DNA of 64,000 nucleotides from positions 372,001 to 436,000 of the forward strand of contig OZ024745.1 of NCBI GenBank assembly GCA_964016885.1, read 5' to 3'. Position 1 is the stretch's first letter. Each line of letters begins with the position of its first letter. The stretch comes from Eledone cirrhosa. Taxonomy: Eukaryota. Below the pieces are notes generated by a model that was not told the origin of the DNA, did no database searches, and worked only from the letters and a program-made list of their open reading frames with translations. The translations under genes were made by a program, and so were the position numbers. Shown in pieces: positions 22,675 through 34,593 of the stretch.

Positions 22675-25600
22675 AATATACAAAACTTCAGAGTTGGTAC
22701 CATGAATGTAGGCACCTTAAAGGGTCGCTCTAACGAGGTTGTAGAAATGCTTGAACGTAAGGAGGTCGATGTTTGTTGTATTCAAGAGACCAGGTGGAGG
22801 GGAGGGTCGGCTAGATTCATCGTGGGTAAAGAACGATGCTATAAACTTTTCTGGGTGGGAAATGACAATGGGTTGGGTGGGGTAGGAATCATGGTAGCAG
22901 AAAAGTGGGCAGATAAGATAATAGACGTAAATAGAGTGAACGACAGAATAATTAAAATAAGACTTGTCCTCAATAAAACTACGGTGACAGTAATATCTGC
23001 GTACGCACCCCAATCCGGACTGCCCCGCGCTATAAAAGACAGATTCTATGAGACACTGATGCTAACTACCTCCCAAATATCCGACAGTGACTATATAGTT
23101 ATTGCAGGCGACCTAAATGGTCACGTTGGACAACATTGTGACGGCTATGACGGAATCCATGGAGGCTATGGGTTCGGTACTAGAAATGAGGAAGGCTCCA
23201 GAATCCTGGAATTCTGCGACGCAAATAACTTAACTATCTGTAACACTAACTTCAAAAAACGAGACAATCACTTGATCACCTATAGATCGGGGGAACACAC
23301 AAGCCAGGTAGATTATATCCTTACCAGAAGACGTGACAGAGTGTCTGTTGTTAACACTAAATCCCACCCCCATGAAGAATTCACCTCCCAACATAGACTG
23401 ATAATTAGCGACCTCATAGTCAGGACGAGACGTACTAGACAGCGGAAGAGGACTATCCTCAGGAGAAAAATATGGAAGCTAAAGGACCCCATGGCCAGAA
23501 ATAAATTTCAAAGCATATTACTTGACGCTTTCGACAGTAAGGAAGAGCAATTAGAGTCGTATAATATAGAGGAACAGTGGGAATTCCTGAGAGCAAACCT
23601 GCTGACGGCGGCAGACGAAGTCTGTGGCTGGAGCAGGCCTGTAGGTAGAAGGAGAGTAACATGGTGGTGGAACAGTAAGGTGGAGGAGTCAATTAAGGCC
23701 AAAAAGCAGGCTTGGAAAGTATGGTGGGATGGGGGAAGTGGAGAAGACTATCAAGTGGCCAGGAGGGAAGCTAGGAGACAAGTGTACTTCGCAAGAAGGG
23801 AAGCAGAGGAAAGAAAGTTCAAGCATGTTCTACAACGTGAGGACCAAAAACGTGAGGTGTTCAGGATTGCCAGGCAATGTGTCAAGGAAAACCGTGATAT
23901 TGTCGGGGAGAAGTGTGTACTTAACGATGATGGCATACTTGCCATCACCGACGCTGATAAGAAGGTAGCTTGGAAGTGTCACTACGAAAGGCTTCTAAAT
24001 GAGGAGAAGAAATGGGAGAAAGACAGTCTCCCCCAGATCGATCCAATAGAGGGACCAGCAGTGTTAGTTGAAGGTAGTATAATAAGTAAGGCAATCAAAG
24101 ATATGAAGACGGGTAAGGCGGCTGGGCCTTCGGAAATAGTTGCTGAGATGCTGAAGGCATCTGGTTCGGTGGGACACACCATGGTCACCCGGATAGTTAA
24201 CCAAGTCGTACAGAATGGGGTTGTTCCGAAGGAATGGCGTAGCAGCATCATCGTTAACTGCTATAAGGGAAAAGGAGATGCCCTAGATAGGAGTAACTAT
24301 AGAGGCATTAAATTAATCGACCAGGTCATGAAGGTCACAGAAAAAGTAATAGCGCAACTAATCAGAGAGAGAATTGATCTAGATGAAATGCAGTTCGGTT
24401 TTGTGTCAGGCAAAAGTACCACAGACGCTCTTTTCATTGTACGACAACTACAGGAGAAGTACCTAGCTAAAAGTAAACCCCTATACTTAGCTTTCGTCGA
24501 CTTGGAGAAAGCCTTCGACAGAGTCCCCCGTTCCATTATCTGGTGGTCTCTTAGAAAACTAGGTGTTGACGAATGGCTTGTGAGAGCTATACAAGCCATG
24601 TATAAAGAAACAGTCAGTAAGGTTAGAATTAACAACGAATATAGTGAAGAGTTTAGCGTAAAAGTTGGTGTCCATCAGGGCTCTGTTCTTAGCCCCCTAC
24701 TATTTATTATTGCCCTTCAGGCTATAACAGAGGAGTTCAAGACCGGCTGCCCATGGGAACTCCTATACGCAGATGATCTAACGCTCATAGCTGAATCAAT
24801 GACCGAACTAGAGAAGAAATTCCAAACGTGGAAGCACGGCCTAGAATCAAAAGGCCTTAAAATTAACCTGGCTAAGACTAAAGTTCTAGTTTGTAGGAAA
24901 GAAAATAAGGCGGCGGTCCCATCGGGGAAATGGCCATGCTCAGTGTGTAGGAAAGGCGTAGGTAGAAACTCCATTTTATGTCCCAAATGCAAAGTATGGG
25001 TGCATAAAAGATGTAGTGGGATCACAGGTAAGCTAACTAAGAACATAGATTTTACATGTGGCCGGTGCTCTGGTGCAATAAGTAGCAGCAAGTGCCCACA
25101 AAATACTAGCTCCTTCAACTGCGCAGAGGGTTCTATAGAAATAGTGGACAGCTTCCGTTATCTGGGTGACAAAATCAGCAGTGGGGGAGGGTGCTCTGAA
25201 AGTACAGTAGCTAGAGTCAGAACTGGATGGAAAAAGTTCAGAGAGCTTATACCACTATTAGCCGCTAGAGGGTTCTCCCTAAAAATGAAAGGCAGGTTAT
25301 ACGATGCCTGCATACAAACAGCAATGCTGCATGGCAGTGAGACCTGGGCATTGTGTGCAGAGGATATACGCAGACTAGAGAGGAACGAAGCTTGCATGCT
25401 CCGCTGGATGTGCAATAGTAATATACGTGAACGGCAAAGCATAAACGAACTAAGGAAAAAATTAGAAATAAGAGGGATCAGATGTTGTTTACTCGAGAGA
25501 AGGCTACGTTGGTACGGTCACGTGATGCGCATGAAAGACGACAGCTGTATAACAAAGTGCAGGGCAATAAAGATAGACGGTAGCCACGGAGTAGGCAGAC

Positions 25601-25994
25601 CCAGAAAAACATGGGACGAGCTGATAAATTCCGACCTCACACGCTTACACCTCTCCAAGACAATGTCACTGGACCGAGACCTTTGGCGGTACTCAGTAAT
25701 AGAGAAGACCCGCCTTACCTAAATACAAAGTAAAAACCTACTACAGTCAGTAGGCATCTCTATCAAAACACACCCCCGTCCCCCCACCTCCACCCCACCC
25801 ACACCGCCCCTTTCAATGTAAAGTTATGTTGGTCCCACAACATCCAGGCCGAAACAAATGAGATCGTGTAGAAAACCCGCCAGACAGTCCTATGCGAGCA
25901 AGACAACCACTCTTGCCTCAAGTGGGAAAACCCCCGTCCAAACCCATGCAAGCGTGGAACACGAACGCTAAACCTGATGATGATGATGATGATG
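22675..25994 (+). mobile_element. Young RTE-clade LINE, 5'-truncated just upstream of the endonuclease
   Basis: Single intact ORF, ~270-bp 3' UTR and (GAT)n tail. Apparent TSD ATATACAA (22667-22674 and 25995-26002) within the satellite unit. Confidence 0.93.
22702..25722 (+). CDS. RTE ORF: APE endonuclease + reverse transcriptase + PHD-type zinc finger + C-terminal domain
   Basis: EN motifs (RVGT)MNVGTL, CIQET, SAYAP, AGDLNGH, VDYIL and SQHRL; RT motifs QFGF, FVDLEKAFDRV, GVHQGSVLSPLLF, LLYADD and FRYLG; RLRWYGHVMR and GRPRKTW; 1006 aa with no stops. Confidence 0.95.
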   Translation: MNVGTLKGRSNEVVEMLERKEVDVCCIQETRWRGGSARFIVGKERCYKLFWVGNDNGLGGVGIMVAEKWADKIIDVNRVNDRIIKIRLVLNKTTVTVISAYAPQSGLPRAIKDRFYETLMLTTSQISDSDYIVIAGDLNGHVGQHCDGYDGIHGGYGFGTRNEEGSRILEFCDANNLTICNTNFKKRDNHLITYRSGEHTSQVDYILTRRRDRVSVVNTKSHPHEEFTSQHRLIISDLIVRTRRTRQRKRTILRRKIWKLKDPMARNKFQSILLDAFDSKEEQLESYNIEEQWEFLRANLLTAADEVCGWSRPVGRRRVTWWWNSKVEESIKAKKQAWKVWWDGGSGEDYQVARREARRQVYFARREAEERKFKHVLQREDQKREVFRIARQCVKENRDIVGEKCVLNDDGILAITDADKKVAWKCHYERLLNEEKKWEKDSLPQIDPIEGPAVLVEGSIISKAIKDMKTGKAAGPSEIVAEMLKASGSVGHTMVTRIVNQVVQNGVVPKEWRSSIIVNCYKGKGDALDRSNYRGIKLIDQVMKVTEKVIAQLIRERIDLDEMQFGFVSGKSTTDALFIVRQLQEKYLAKSKPLYLAFVDLEKAFDRVPRSIIWWSLRKLGVDEWLVRAIQAMYKETVSKVRINNEYSEEFSVKVGVHQGSVLSPLLFIIALQAITEEFKTGCPWELLYADDLTLIAESMTELEKKFQTWKHGLESKGLKINLAKTKVLVCRKENKAAVPSGKWPCSVCRKGVGRNSILCPKCKVWVHKRCSGITGKLTKNIDFTCGRCSGAISSSKCPQNTSSFNCAEGSIEIVDSFRYLGDKISSGGGCSESTVARVRTGWKKFRELIPLLAARGFSLKMKGRLYDACIQTAMLHGSETWALCAEDIRRLERNEACMLRWMCNSNIRERQSINELRKKLEIRGIRCCLLERRLRWYGHVMRMKDDSCITKCRAIKIDGSHGVGRPRKTWDELINSDLTRLHLSKTMSLDRDLWRYSVIEKTRLT

Positions 25995-26172
25995 ATATAC
26001 AACACTACAGATTAACCATCAGTGATATATATATATATATATATATATACACAACACTACAGATTAACCATCAGTCAGATATATATATATATATACAACA
26101 CTACAGATTAACCATCAGTGATATATATATATATATATATATACAACACTACAGATTAACCATCAGTCAGAT

Positions 26173-26222
<50 letters not shown>

Positions 26223-26459
26223 TATAGATTAACCATCAGTCAGATAGATATAGATATATACACAACACTACAGATTAACCATCAGTCAGATAGATATATC
26301 TATACACAACACTACAGATTAACCATCAGTCATATATATATATATACACAACACTATAGATTAACTGTCAGTCAGATATATATATATATATATACAACAC
26401 TACAGATTAACTCTCAGTCAGATAGATATATATACAACACTATAGATTAACCATCAGTC

Positions 26460-26492
<33 letters not shown>

Positions 26493-26737
26493 ACACTACA
26501 GATTAACCATCAGTCAGATATATATATATATATATACAACACTACAGATTAACTCTCAGTCAGATAGATATATATACAACACTATAGATTAACCATCAGT
26601 CAGATATATATATATATATATATATACAACACTACAGATTAACCATCAGTCAGATATATATATATACAACACTACAGATTAACCATCAGTCAGATATATA
26701 TATGTATATATACAACACTATAGATTAACCATCAGTC

Positions 26738-26778
<41 letters not shown>

Positions 26779-27070
26779 ACACTATAGATTAACCATCAGT
26801 CTGATATATATACAACACTATAGAGTAACTATCACTTAGATAGATAGATATACAACACTATAGAGTAACCATCACTTAGATAGATAGACCACACTATAGA
26901 TTAACCACCAGTTAGATATATATATATACAACACTATAGATTAACCATCCGTTGTATATATATATATATATATACAACACTATAGATTAACCATCAGTTA
27001 AATATATATATATATACAACACTATAGATTAACCATCCGTTATATATATATATATAATAATAATATATAT

Positions 27071-27266
27071 GCAGTTAGAAACACAGTAAACCGTGTGTCT
27101 AATATTACAAGGGTTGAAAAACCACATTTGTTTGAAATATTTAACCAAGAAGCAGACAGAATGATAAAATAAAATTATATTATATTATATTATATTATAC
27201 AAACCGCCTCAATAACAATTACATCTCTCGGACAGATTATCCCTAATCTGTTTCGCCCTGAGTGTG

Positions 27267-27268
<2 letters not shown>
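27071..27268 (-). mobile_element. (TA)n-flanked insert starting with the 3' half of a hammerhead ribozyme
   Basis: The minus strand reads GGGC-GAAA-CAGAUUA-GGGA-UAAUCUG-UC-CGAG, a perfect 7-bp helix III with a GUC triplet. The CUGANGA box is absent (5' truncation). Confidence 0.6.
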
Positions 27269-27299
<31 letters not shown>

Positions 27300-27519
27300 A
27301 CACTATAGATTAACCATCAGTTAGATATATATACAACACTATAGATTAAGGTATTTAGAAAAACCAATCTAAAGTAATTTATCAGCTAACATCTACTGAT
27401 GTCACATAAAAATGGAAGATATTTACAACAAAACATTTTATAAAACAATAACATAACTTTATATACCATAATATAACAATGAAATAATAATAACTATATA
27501 TACACAATAACAAATTATA

Positions 27520-30500
27520 ATAACTGCTACTATATTACTATAACTGGTACTATACTACAACTGGTACTATACTATAACTGGTACTATACTATAACTGCTA
27601 CTATATTACTACAACTGGTACTATACTATAACTGCTACTATATTACTACAACTGATACTATACTACAACTGGTACTAGAGTATAACTGGAACTATGTTAC
27701 TATACTATAACTGGTACTACACTATAACTGGTACTATACTGTAACTAGTACTATACTGTAACTAGTACTACACTATAATTGGTACTATACTATAACTGGT
27801 ACTACACTATAACTGGTATTATACTATAACTGGTACTACACTATAACTGGTACTACATTATAACTGGTACTATATTACTATACATAACTGGTACTATATT
27901 ACTACACTATAACTGGTACTATATTACTATACTATAACTGGTACTATATTACTATACCATAACTGGTACTATATTACTATACCATAACTGGTACTATATT
28001 ACTATACTATAACTGGTACTATATTACTATACTATAACTGGTACTATATTACTATACCATAACTGGTACTATATTACTATACTATAACTGGTACTATATT
28101 ACTACACTATAACTGGTACTATATTACTATACTATAACTGGTACTATATTACTATACCATAACTGGTACTATATTACTATACCATAACTGGTACTATATT
28201 ACTATACCATAACTGGTACTATATTACTATACCATAACTGGTACTATACTACTATACTATAACTGGTACTATATTACTATACCATAACTGGTACTATATT
28301 ACTATACTATAACTGGTACTATATTACTATACTATAACTGGTACTATATTACTATACTATAACTGGTACTATATTACTACAGTATAACTGGTACTATATT
28401 ACTATACTATAACTGGTACTATATTACTACACTATAACTGGTACTATATTACTACACTATAACTGGTACTATATTACTATACCATAACTGGTACTATATT
28501 ACTACACTATAACTGGTACTATATTACTATACCATAACTGGTACTATATTACTATAACATAACTGGTACTATATTACTATACTATAACTGGTACTATATT
28601 ACTATACCATAACTGGTACTATATTACTATACTATAATTGGTACTATACTGCTATACTATAATTGGTACTATATTACTATACTATAACTGGTACTATATT
28701 ACTACACTATAACTGGTACTATATTACTATACCATAACTGGTACTATATTACTATACCATAACTGGTACTATATTACTACACTATAACTGGTACTATATT
28801 ACTATACTATAACTGGTACTATATTACTATACTATAACTGGTACTATATTACTATACTATAACTGGTACTATATTACTACACTATAACTGGTACTATATT
28901 ACTATACCATAACTGGTACTATATTACTATACCATAACTGGTACTATATTACTATACCATAACTGGTACTATATTACTATACCATAACTGGTACTATATT
29001 ACTATACCATAACTGGTACTATATTACTATACTATAATTGGTACTATACTGCTATACTATAATTGGTACTATATTACTATACTATAACTGGTACTATACT
29101 ACTATACTATAACTGGTACTATATTACTACACTATAACTGGTACTATATTACTATACTATAATTGGTACTATACTACTATACCATAACTGGTACTATACT
29201 ACTATACCATAACTGGTACTATATTACTATACTATAATTGGTACTATACTGCTATACTATAATTGGTACTATACTATAACTGGTACTATATTACTATACT
29301 ATAACTGGTACTATATTACTACACTATAACTGGTACTATATTACTACACTATAACTGGTACTATATTACTATACCATAACTGGTACTATATTACTATACT
29401 ATACTACTATACTATAACTGGTACTATATTACTATACTATAACTGGTACTATATTACTATACCATAACTGGTACTATATTACTATACCATAACTGGTACT
29501 ATATTACTATACTATAACTGGTACTATACTACTATAGCATGACTGGTACTATATTACTATACCATAACTGGTACTATATTACTATACTATAACTGGTACT
29601 ATATTACTATACCATAACTGGTACTATATTACTATACCATAACTGGTACTATATTACTATACCATAACTGGTACTATACTACTATACTATAACTGGTACT
29701 ATATTACTATACTATAACTGGTACTATACTACTATACCATAACTGGTACTATATTACTATACTATAACTGGTACTATACTACTATACTATAACTGGTACT
29801 ATACTACTATACTATAACTGGTACTATATTACTATACCATAACTGGTACTATATTACTATACTATAACTGGTACTATATTACTATACTATAACTGGTACT
29901 ATATTACTATACTATAACTGGTACTATATTACTATACCATAACTGGTACTATATTACTATACCATAACTGGTACTATATTACTATACCATAACTGGTACT
30001 ATACTACTAAACCATAACTGGTACTATACTACTATACTATAACTGGTACTATATTACTATACTATAACTGGTACTATATGACTATACTATAACTGGTACT
30101 ATATGACTATACTATAACTGGTACTATATTACTATACCATAACTGGTACTATATTACTACACTATAACTGGTACTATACTACTATACTATAACTGGTACT
30201 ATACTGCTATACTATAACTGGTACTATATTACTATACTATAACTGGTACTATACTACTATACTATAACTGGTACTATATTACTACACTATAACTGGTACT
30301 ATATTACTATACTATAACTGGTACTATACTATAACTGGTACTATATTACTATACTATAATTGGTACTATATTACTATACTATAATTGGTACTATATTACT
30401 ATACTATAACTGGTACTATACTACTATACTATAATTGGTACTATACTGCTATACTATAATTGGTACTATATTACTATACTATAACTGGTACTATATTACT

Positions 30501-31645
30501 ATACTATAACTGGTACTATACTACTATACTATAATTGGTACTATACTGCTATACTATAATTGGTACTATACTATAACTGGTACTATATTACTATACTATA
30601 ACTGGTACTATACTACTATACTATAATTGGTACTATACTGCTATACTATAATTGGTACTATACTATAACTGGTACTATATTACTATACTATAACTGGTAC
30701 TATATTACTATACTATAACTGGTACTATATTACTATACTATAACTGGTACTATATTACTATACCATAACTGGTACTATACTATAACTGGTACTATATTAC
30801 TATACTATAACTGGTACTATACTATAACTGGTACTATATTACTATACTATAATTGGTACTATACTATAACTGGTACTATATTACTATACTATAATTGGTA
30901 CTATACTATAACTGGTACTATATTACTATACTATAATTGGTACTATACTATAACTGGTACTATATTACTATACTATAATTGTTACTATACTATAACTGGT
31001 ACTATATTACTATACTATAATTGGTACTATACTATAACTGGTACTATATTACTATACTATAATTGGTACTATACTATAACTGGTACTATATTACTATACT
31101 ATAATTGGTACTATACTATAACTGGTACTATATTACTATACTATAATTGGTACTATACTATAACTGGTACTATATTACTATACTATAATTGGTACTATAC
31201 TATAACTGGTACTATATTACTATACTATAATTGGTACTATACTATAACTGGTACTATATTACTATACTATAATTGGTACTATACTATAACTGGTACTATA
31301 TTACTATACTATAATTGGTACTATACTATAACTGGTACTATATTACTATACTATAATTGGTACTATACTATAACTGGTACTATATTACTATACTATAATT
31401 GGTACTATACTATAACTGGTACTATATTACTATACTATAATTGGTACTATACTATAACTGGTACTATATTACTATACTATAATTGGTACTATACTATAAC
31501 TGGTACTATATTACTATACTATAATTGGTACTATACTATAACTGGTACTATATTACTATACTATAATTGGTACTATACTATAACTGGTACTATATTACTA
31601 TACTATAATTGGTACTATACTATAACTGGTACTATATTACTATGC
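27520..31645. repeat. Satellite progressing from 17-bp to 25-bp to 42-bp (17+25) units
   Basis: 17-mer ACTATAACTGGTACTAT, then 25-mer AACTGGTACTATATTACTATACTAT, then a homogeneous 42-mer from ~30780 (lines at 31021 and 31441 are identical, 10 periods). Confidence 0.95.
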
Positions 31646-31655
31646 TATGACAACT

Positions 31656-32165
31656 CTTCTTCAGCCAAGTTTACACTACCAAACATTCAGCATACTTTCT
31701 CCAATCATCCTGGTCAAGCATCACATTTCTCAGTTCATCGATGTTATCAATGTTGACATTTCTTAGCACGAATAATAAATGAGACGGCCTGTCTTCCCAC
31801 ACTTCTTTGTCTGACCGTCAGTTTCCAGAGCACAAGTTGAGAGCACAAGTTGAGATGCTATCTCTTCTGGGTAACGGATGCAGGTCCAGCCAGTTTCATT
31901 TGTCTGCAGGCAACTTTTTTTTGAGACTGGTGGTAGTGATCTGTATAGTTCCTTATCAGCTTCTGTTTCCAATGTTGAGAGCCATTCTCATCATCCTCGT
32001 GTAACATCTGTCAAGTCTCTTACATAGCACTTTGTCAATAGTCCACGTGTCACTGACGTAAAGCAGGACGGATACAACAGTTGCTAGGAAGAGGCGCTCC
32101 TTGTTTTTATTGTTTAGGTCAGACTTCCACACCTTCAGTAGGATGTGGCATGCTGACCATGCTAG
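31656..32165 (-). mobile_element. 5'-truncated RTE-like LINE fragment with 10-bp TSD
   Basis: Minus translation AWSACHILLKVWKSDLNNKNKERLFLATVVSVLLYVSDTWTIDKVLCKRLDRCYTRMMRMALN...ELYRSLPPVS; GAAGAAG tail; TSD TATGACAACT at 31646-31655 and 32166-32175. Confidence 0.85.
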
Positions 32166-32375
32166 TATGACAACTGGTATATCATTATACTACTATAACT
32201 AACACTATACTACCATACTATAAATGGCATTATACTGCTATACTACCATACTATAAATGATACTACACAGCTATACTATGACATCTAACACTATACTACC
32301 ATACTATGTCTGGTACTACACTGTTATACTATCATAACTAACACTATAGTACCATACTACCGTACTATGACAACC
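32166..32375. repeat. Degenerate remnant of the ACTAT satellite beyond the LINE fragment
   Basis: Decayed ACTATAC/CTGGTACTA units. Confidence 0.7.
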
Positions 32376-32716
32376 AGGTTGTCTTCTATCATCCACACTA
32401 TGTCATCTACTGGTGATATAGTTGTATATTCCCCTCATATCAATAAAATCAGAGCTATAAAACTATAGACAGGTGAGACCCATCAGAAGATCAGTCAGGT
32501 GCAATAGCAACTAACCTGCTCCAGATAGGGTGACCAGGGTAGCATCGTTAGATCAAAGTGATGCTGGCTACATCATCAATATCCAAATATCTCTCAAGAA
32601 AGTTCACCATATTTCAAGCTGGCTACATGGGACCTGATAACAACGGTTTAAAGAAGAAAAAGAGAAGAAAAAGATAAAGTAAGCAATAGAAATATAACAA
32701 AGGAAGGAAGGTTGGA

Positions 32717-33237
32717 TAGTGGTGGTGGTGGTGGTGGTTGGGGGGTAGTGGGGGTAGTGGTGGGGGTTGGGGGGGGGGGGGGGGTAGTGGTGGTGGTTGG
32801 ATGGTGGTGATGGTTGGTTTTTGGGGGGTGATGGTTGGTTGGGGGGGTTGGATGGTGGTGGTGGTTGGTTTGGGGGGTAGTGGTGGTGATGGTGGGGATG
32901 GTTGGTTGGTTGGAGGGAGGGGGATGGGGGTGGGGGGGATGGTTGGTTGGTTGTATGGTGGTGGTGGGGGTGATGGTTGGTTGGTTGGTTGGTTGGTTGG
33001 TTGGTTGGTTGGTGGTGGTGGTTGGATGGTGGTGGTGGTGATGGTTGGTTGGATGGTGGTGGTTGGTTGGATGGTGGTGGTGGTGGTTGGTTGGATGGTG
33101 GTGGTTGGTTGGATGGTGGTGGTGGTGGTGATGATGGTTGGTTGGTTGGATGGTGGTGATGATGGTTGGTTGGATGGTGGTGGTTGGTTGGTTGGTTGGA
33201 TGGTGGTGGTGGTGGTTGGATGGTGGTGGGGCTGATG
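32717..33237. repeat. G-rich (GGT/GGTT/GGAT)n tract
   Basis: Direct inspection; multiple G-runs. Confidence 0.9.
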
Positions 33238-33374
33238 ATGAATCTTTAAAAACAGAAACTCGATCAACTTCAAGTGTCTTAAAAACATTTTGTTTCTCCC
33301 AAATGTTAAAATGAATCTGTTATGATATTTAACTGGTGCCTTAGCAGTTTTGTTAGGGGACAACTTTGCCTTAC

Positions 33375-33489
33375 ATCCTTTTGAAGTTGATAGGGGCTTC
33401 ATTCTCTCTCTCGATGAGAGGAGTTGAGCTCCACCAGGTTTAAAGAGGCCAACACATGCTGTATGATATGATAGTGCCCCTATGACTGC
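33375..33489 (-). CDS. Candidate internal exon (AVIGALSYHTACVGLFKPGGAQLLSSRERMKPLSTSKG)
   Basis: Acceptor ACACAG (weak pyrimidine tract) and donor GAT/GTAAGG. The phase 0 start is compatible with exon 43539-43573. Confidence 0.5.
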
Positions 33490-33569
33490 CTGTGTGTATT
33501 TATCTGTATGTTTGTATTTGCATGTGTGTTTATGTGCATGTGCTTGTATATTTATGTGTGTATATGAGT

Positions 33570-33800
33570 GGAGGTGCATGGCCTAGTGATAGACTTACAA
33601 TCATAATGTTGTGGGTTCGATTCCTCGACTGGATTGTGTGTTGTGTTCTTGAACAAAACACTTCATTTCACGTTGCTCCAGTATACTCAGCTAAAAATGA
33701 GTACCAGTAATATCTGGGGGGGGGGGGGGGGTCTTGTACTCTCAGTTGCTTCACACCAAGGAAACTGGGATAAGCACCACCCTGATGAGCCTTCACACAC
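33570..33800 (+). mobile_element. SINE family B variant
   Basis: TGGCCTAGTG A-box, GGTTCGATTCC B-box, CORE-like domain and GAAACTGGGATAAGC tail. Confidence 0.75.
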
Positions 33801-34593
33801 GAAACAGACTTTAGACTTTTAGATACATGTCTGTGGAATACTCAGCCACTCATACATTAATTAATGAGTTAGCCATTCAGTTGAACAAAACAACTGAAGG
33901 GTTCATTATTAAAACTAATGAAGGATCAATGAGGCGCTCTACTCAATACATTTAATTAGTAGAAACTTCAATATAAAACCTTATCAATGCCATCAATTAA
34001 CTGGGTTGCCGAACATAAACCGATACAAGGAGAACGTCTCAAGAACAACATGAATGGTACTTGAACAACAGAAGCTTGAGGAAACTGCAGCTTAAATGAA
34101 TGAGTGCTGCACACTGGTAGCGAACACAGTAAATAAAGATATCCTGCTTTGAATTATTTTCCTCAATTCTTCTTCTAATGAAGGGATTTTATCCTGAAAT
34201 ATTAAAGACTATTAAACAACTCCAAGGTAACATCCCATTATCTTTGTCATCAAGATGGACATGGGCCTCAAAGGAACAGATCTGTGCACTGCAATGGTCG
34301 GCTAAGGACTCTGAAATTTAAACTTTGTTAATGCCTCACAACCGCCTCAAGGAATTGGATGATTCAAGAAGAAAGAAGAATATTTTGAACATTTAATATC
34401 CCATTAGTATTGCTGTAGCCTTCTAATAAACTATGGTATTTACTGCAATAAAGTTTGTAAATAGGAAGTGTTGTAAAATTGTTATTGTTCCTCACTTGAT
34501 AGCCATCATTTCTTTCTCCACTTACAATAACTACTGCTTTATTTTCTGTATTTATTCATTTAATCAATTTAAACGGTGGCCATATTGAGCTAG

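Larger units (their letters stand above)
19716..27348. repeat. Minisatellite with an embedded variable (TA)n in every unit, interrupted by three insertions
   Basis: The left domain has a 32-bp unit GATATATATACAACACTACAGATTGACTGTCA. From ~20970 the unit is CAACACTACAGATTAACCATCAGTCAGA(TA)n with variable n. Confidence 0.95.

Noticed and set aside
22717-25442. Antisense ORFs over the RTE
   Set aside because: Shadow ORFs of a real coding strand, with no recognisable motifs.
33778-33815. CTGATGAG...CGAAAC hammerhead-like words
   Set aside because: Helices I-III cannot form, and the CTGATGAG belongs to the SINE tail.
34093-34193. Possible exon DKIPSLEEELRKIIQSR on the minus strand
   Set aside because: The acceptor is plausible, but there is no good donor before the in-frame stop.
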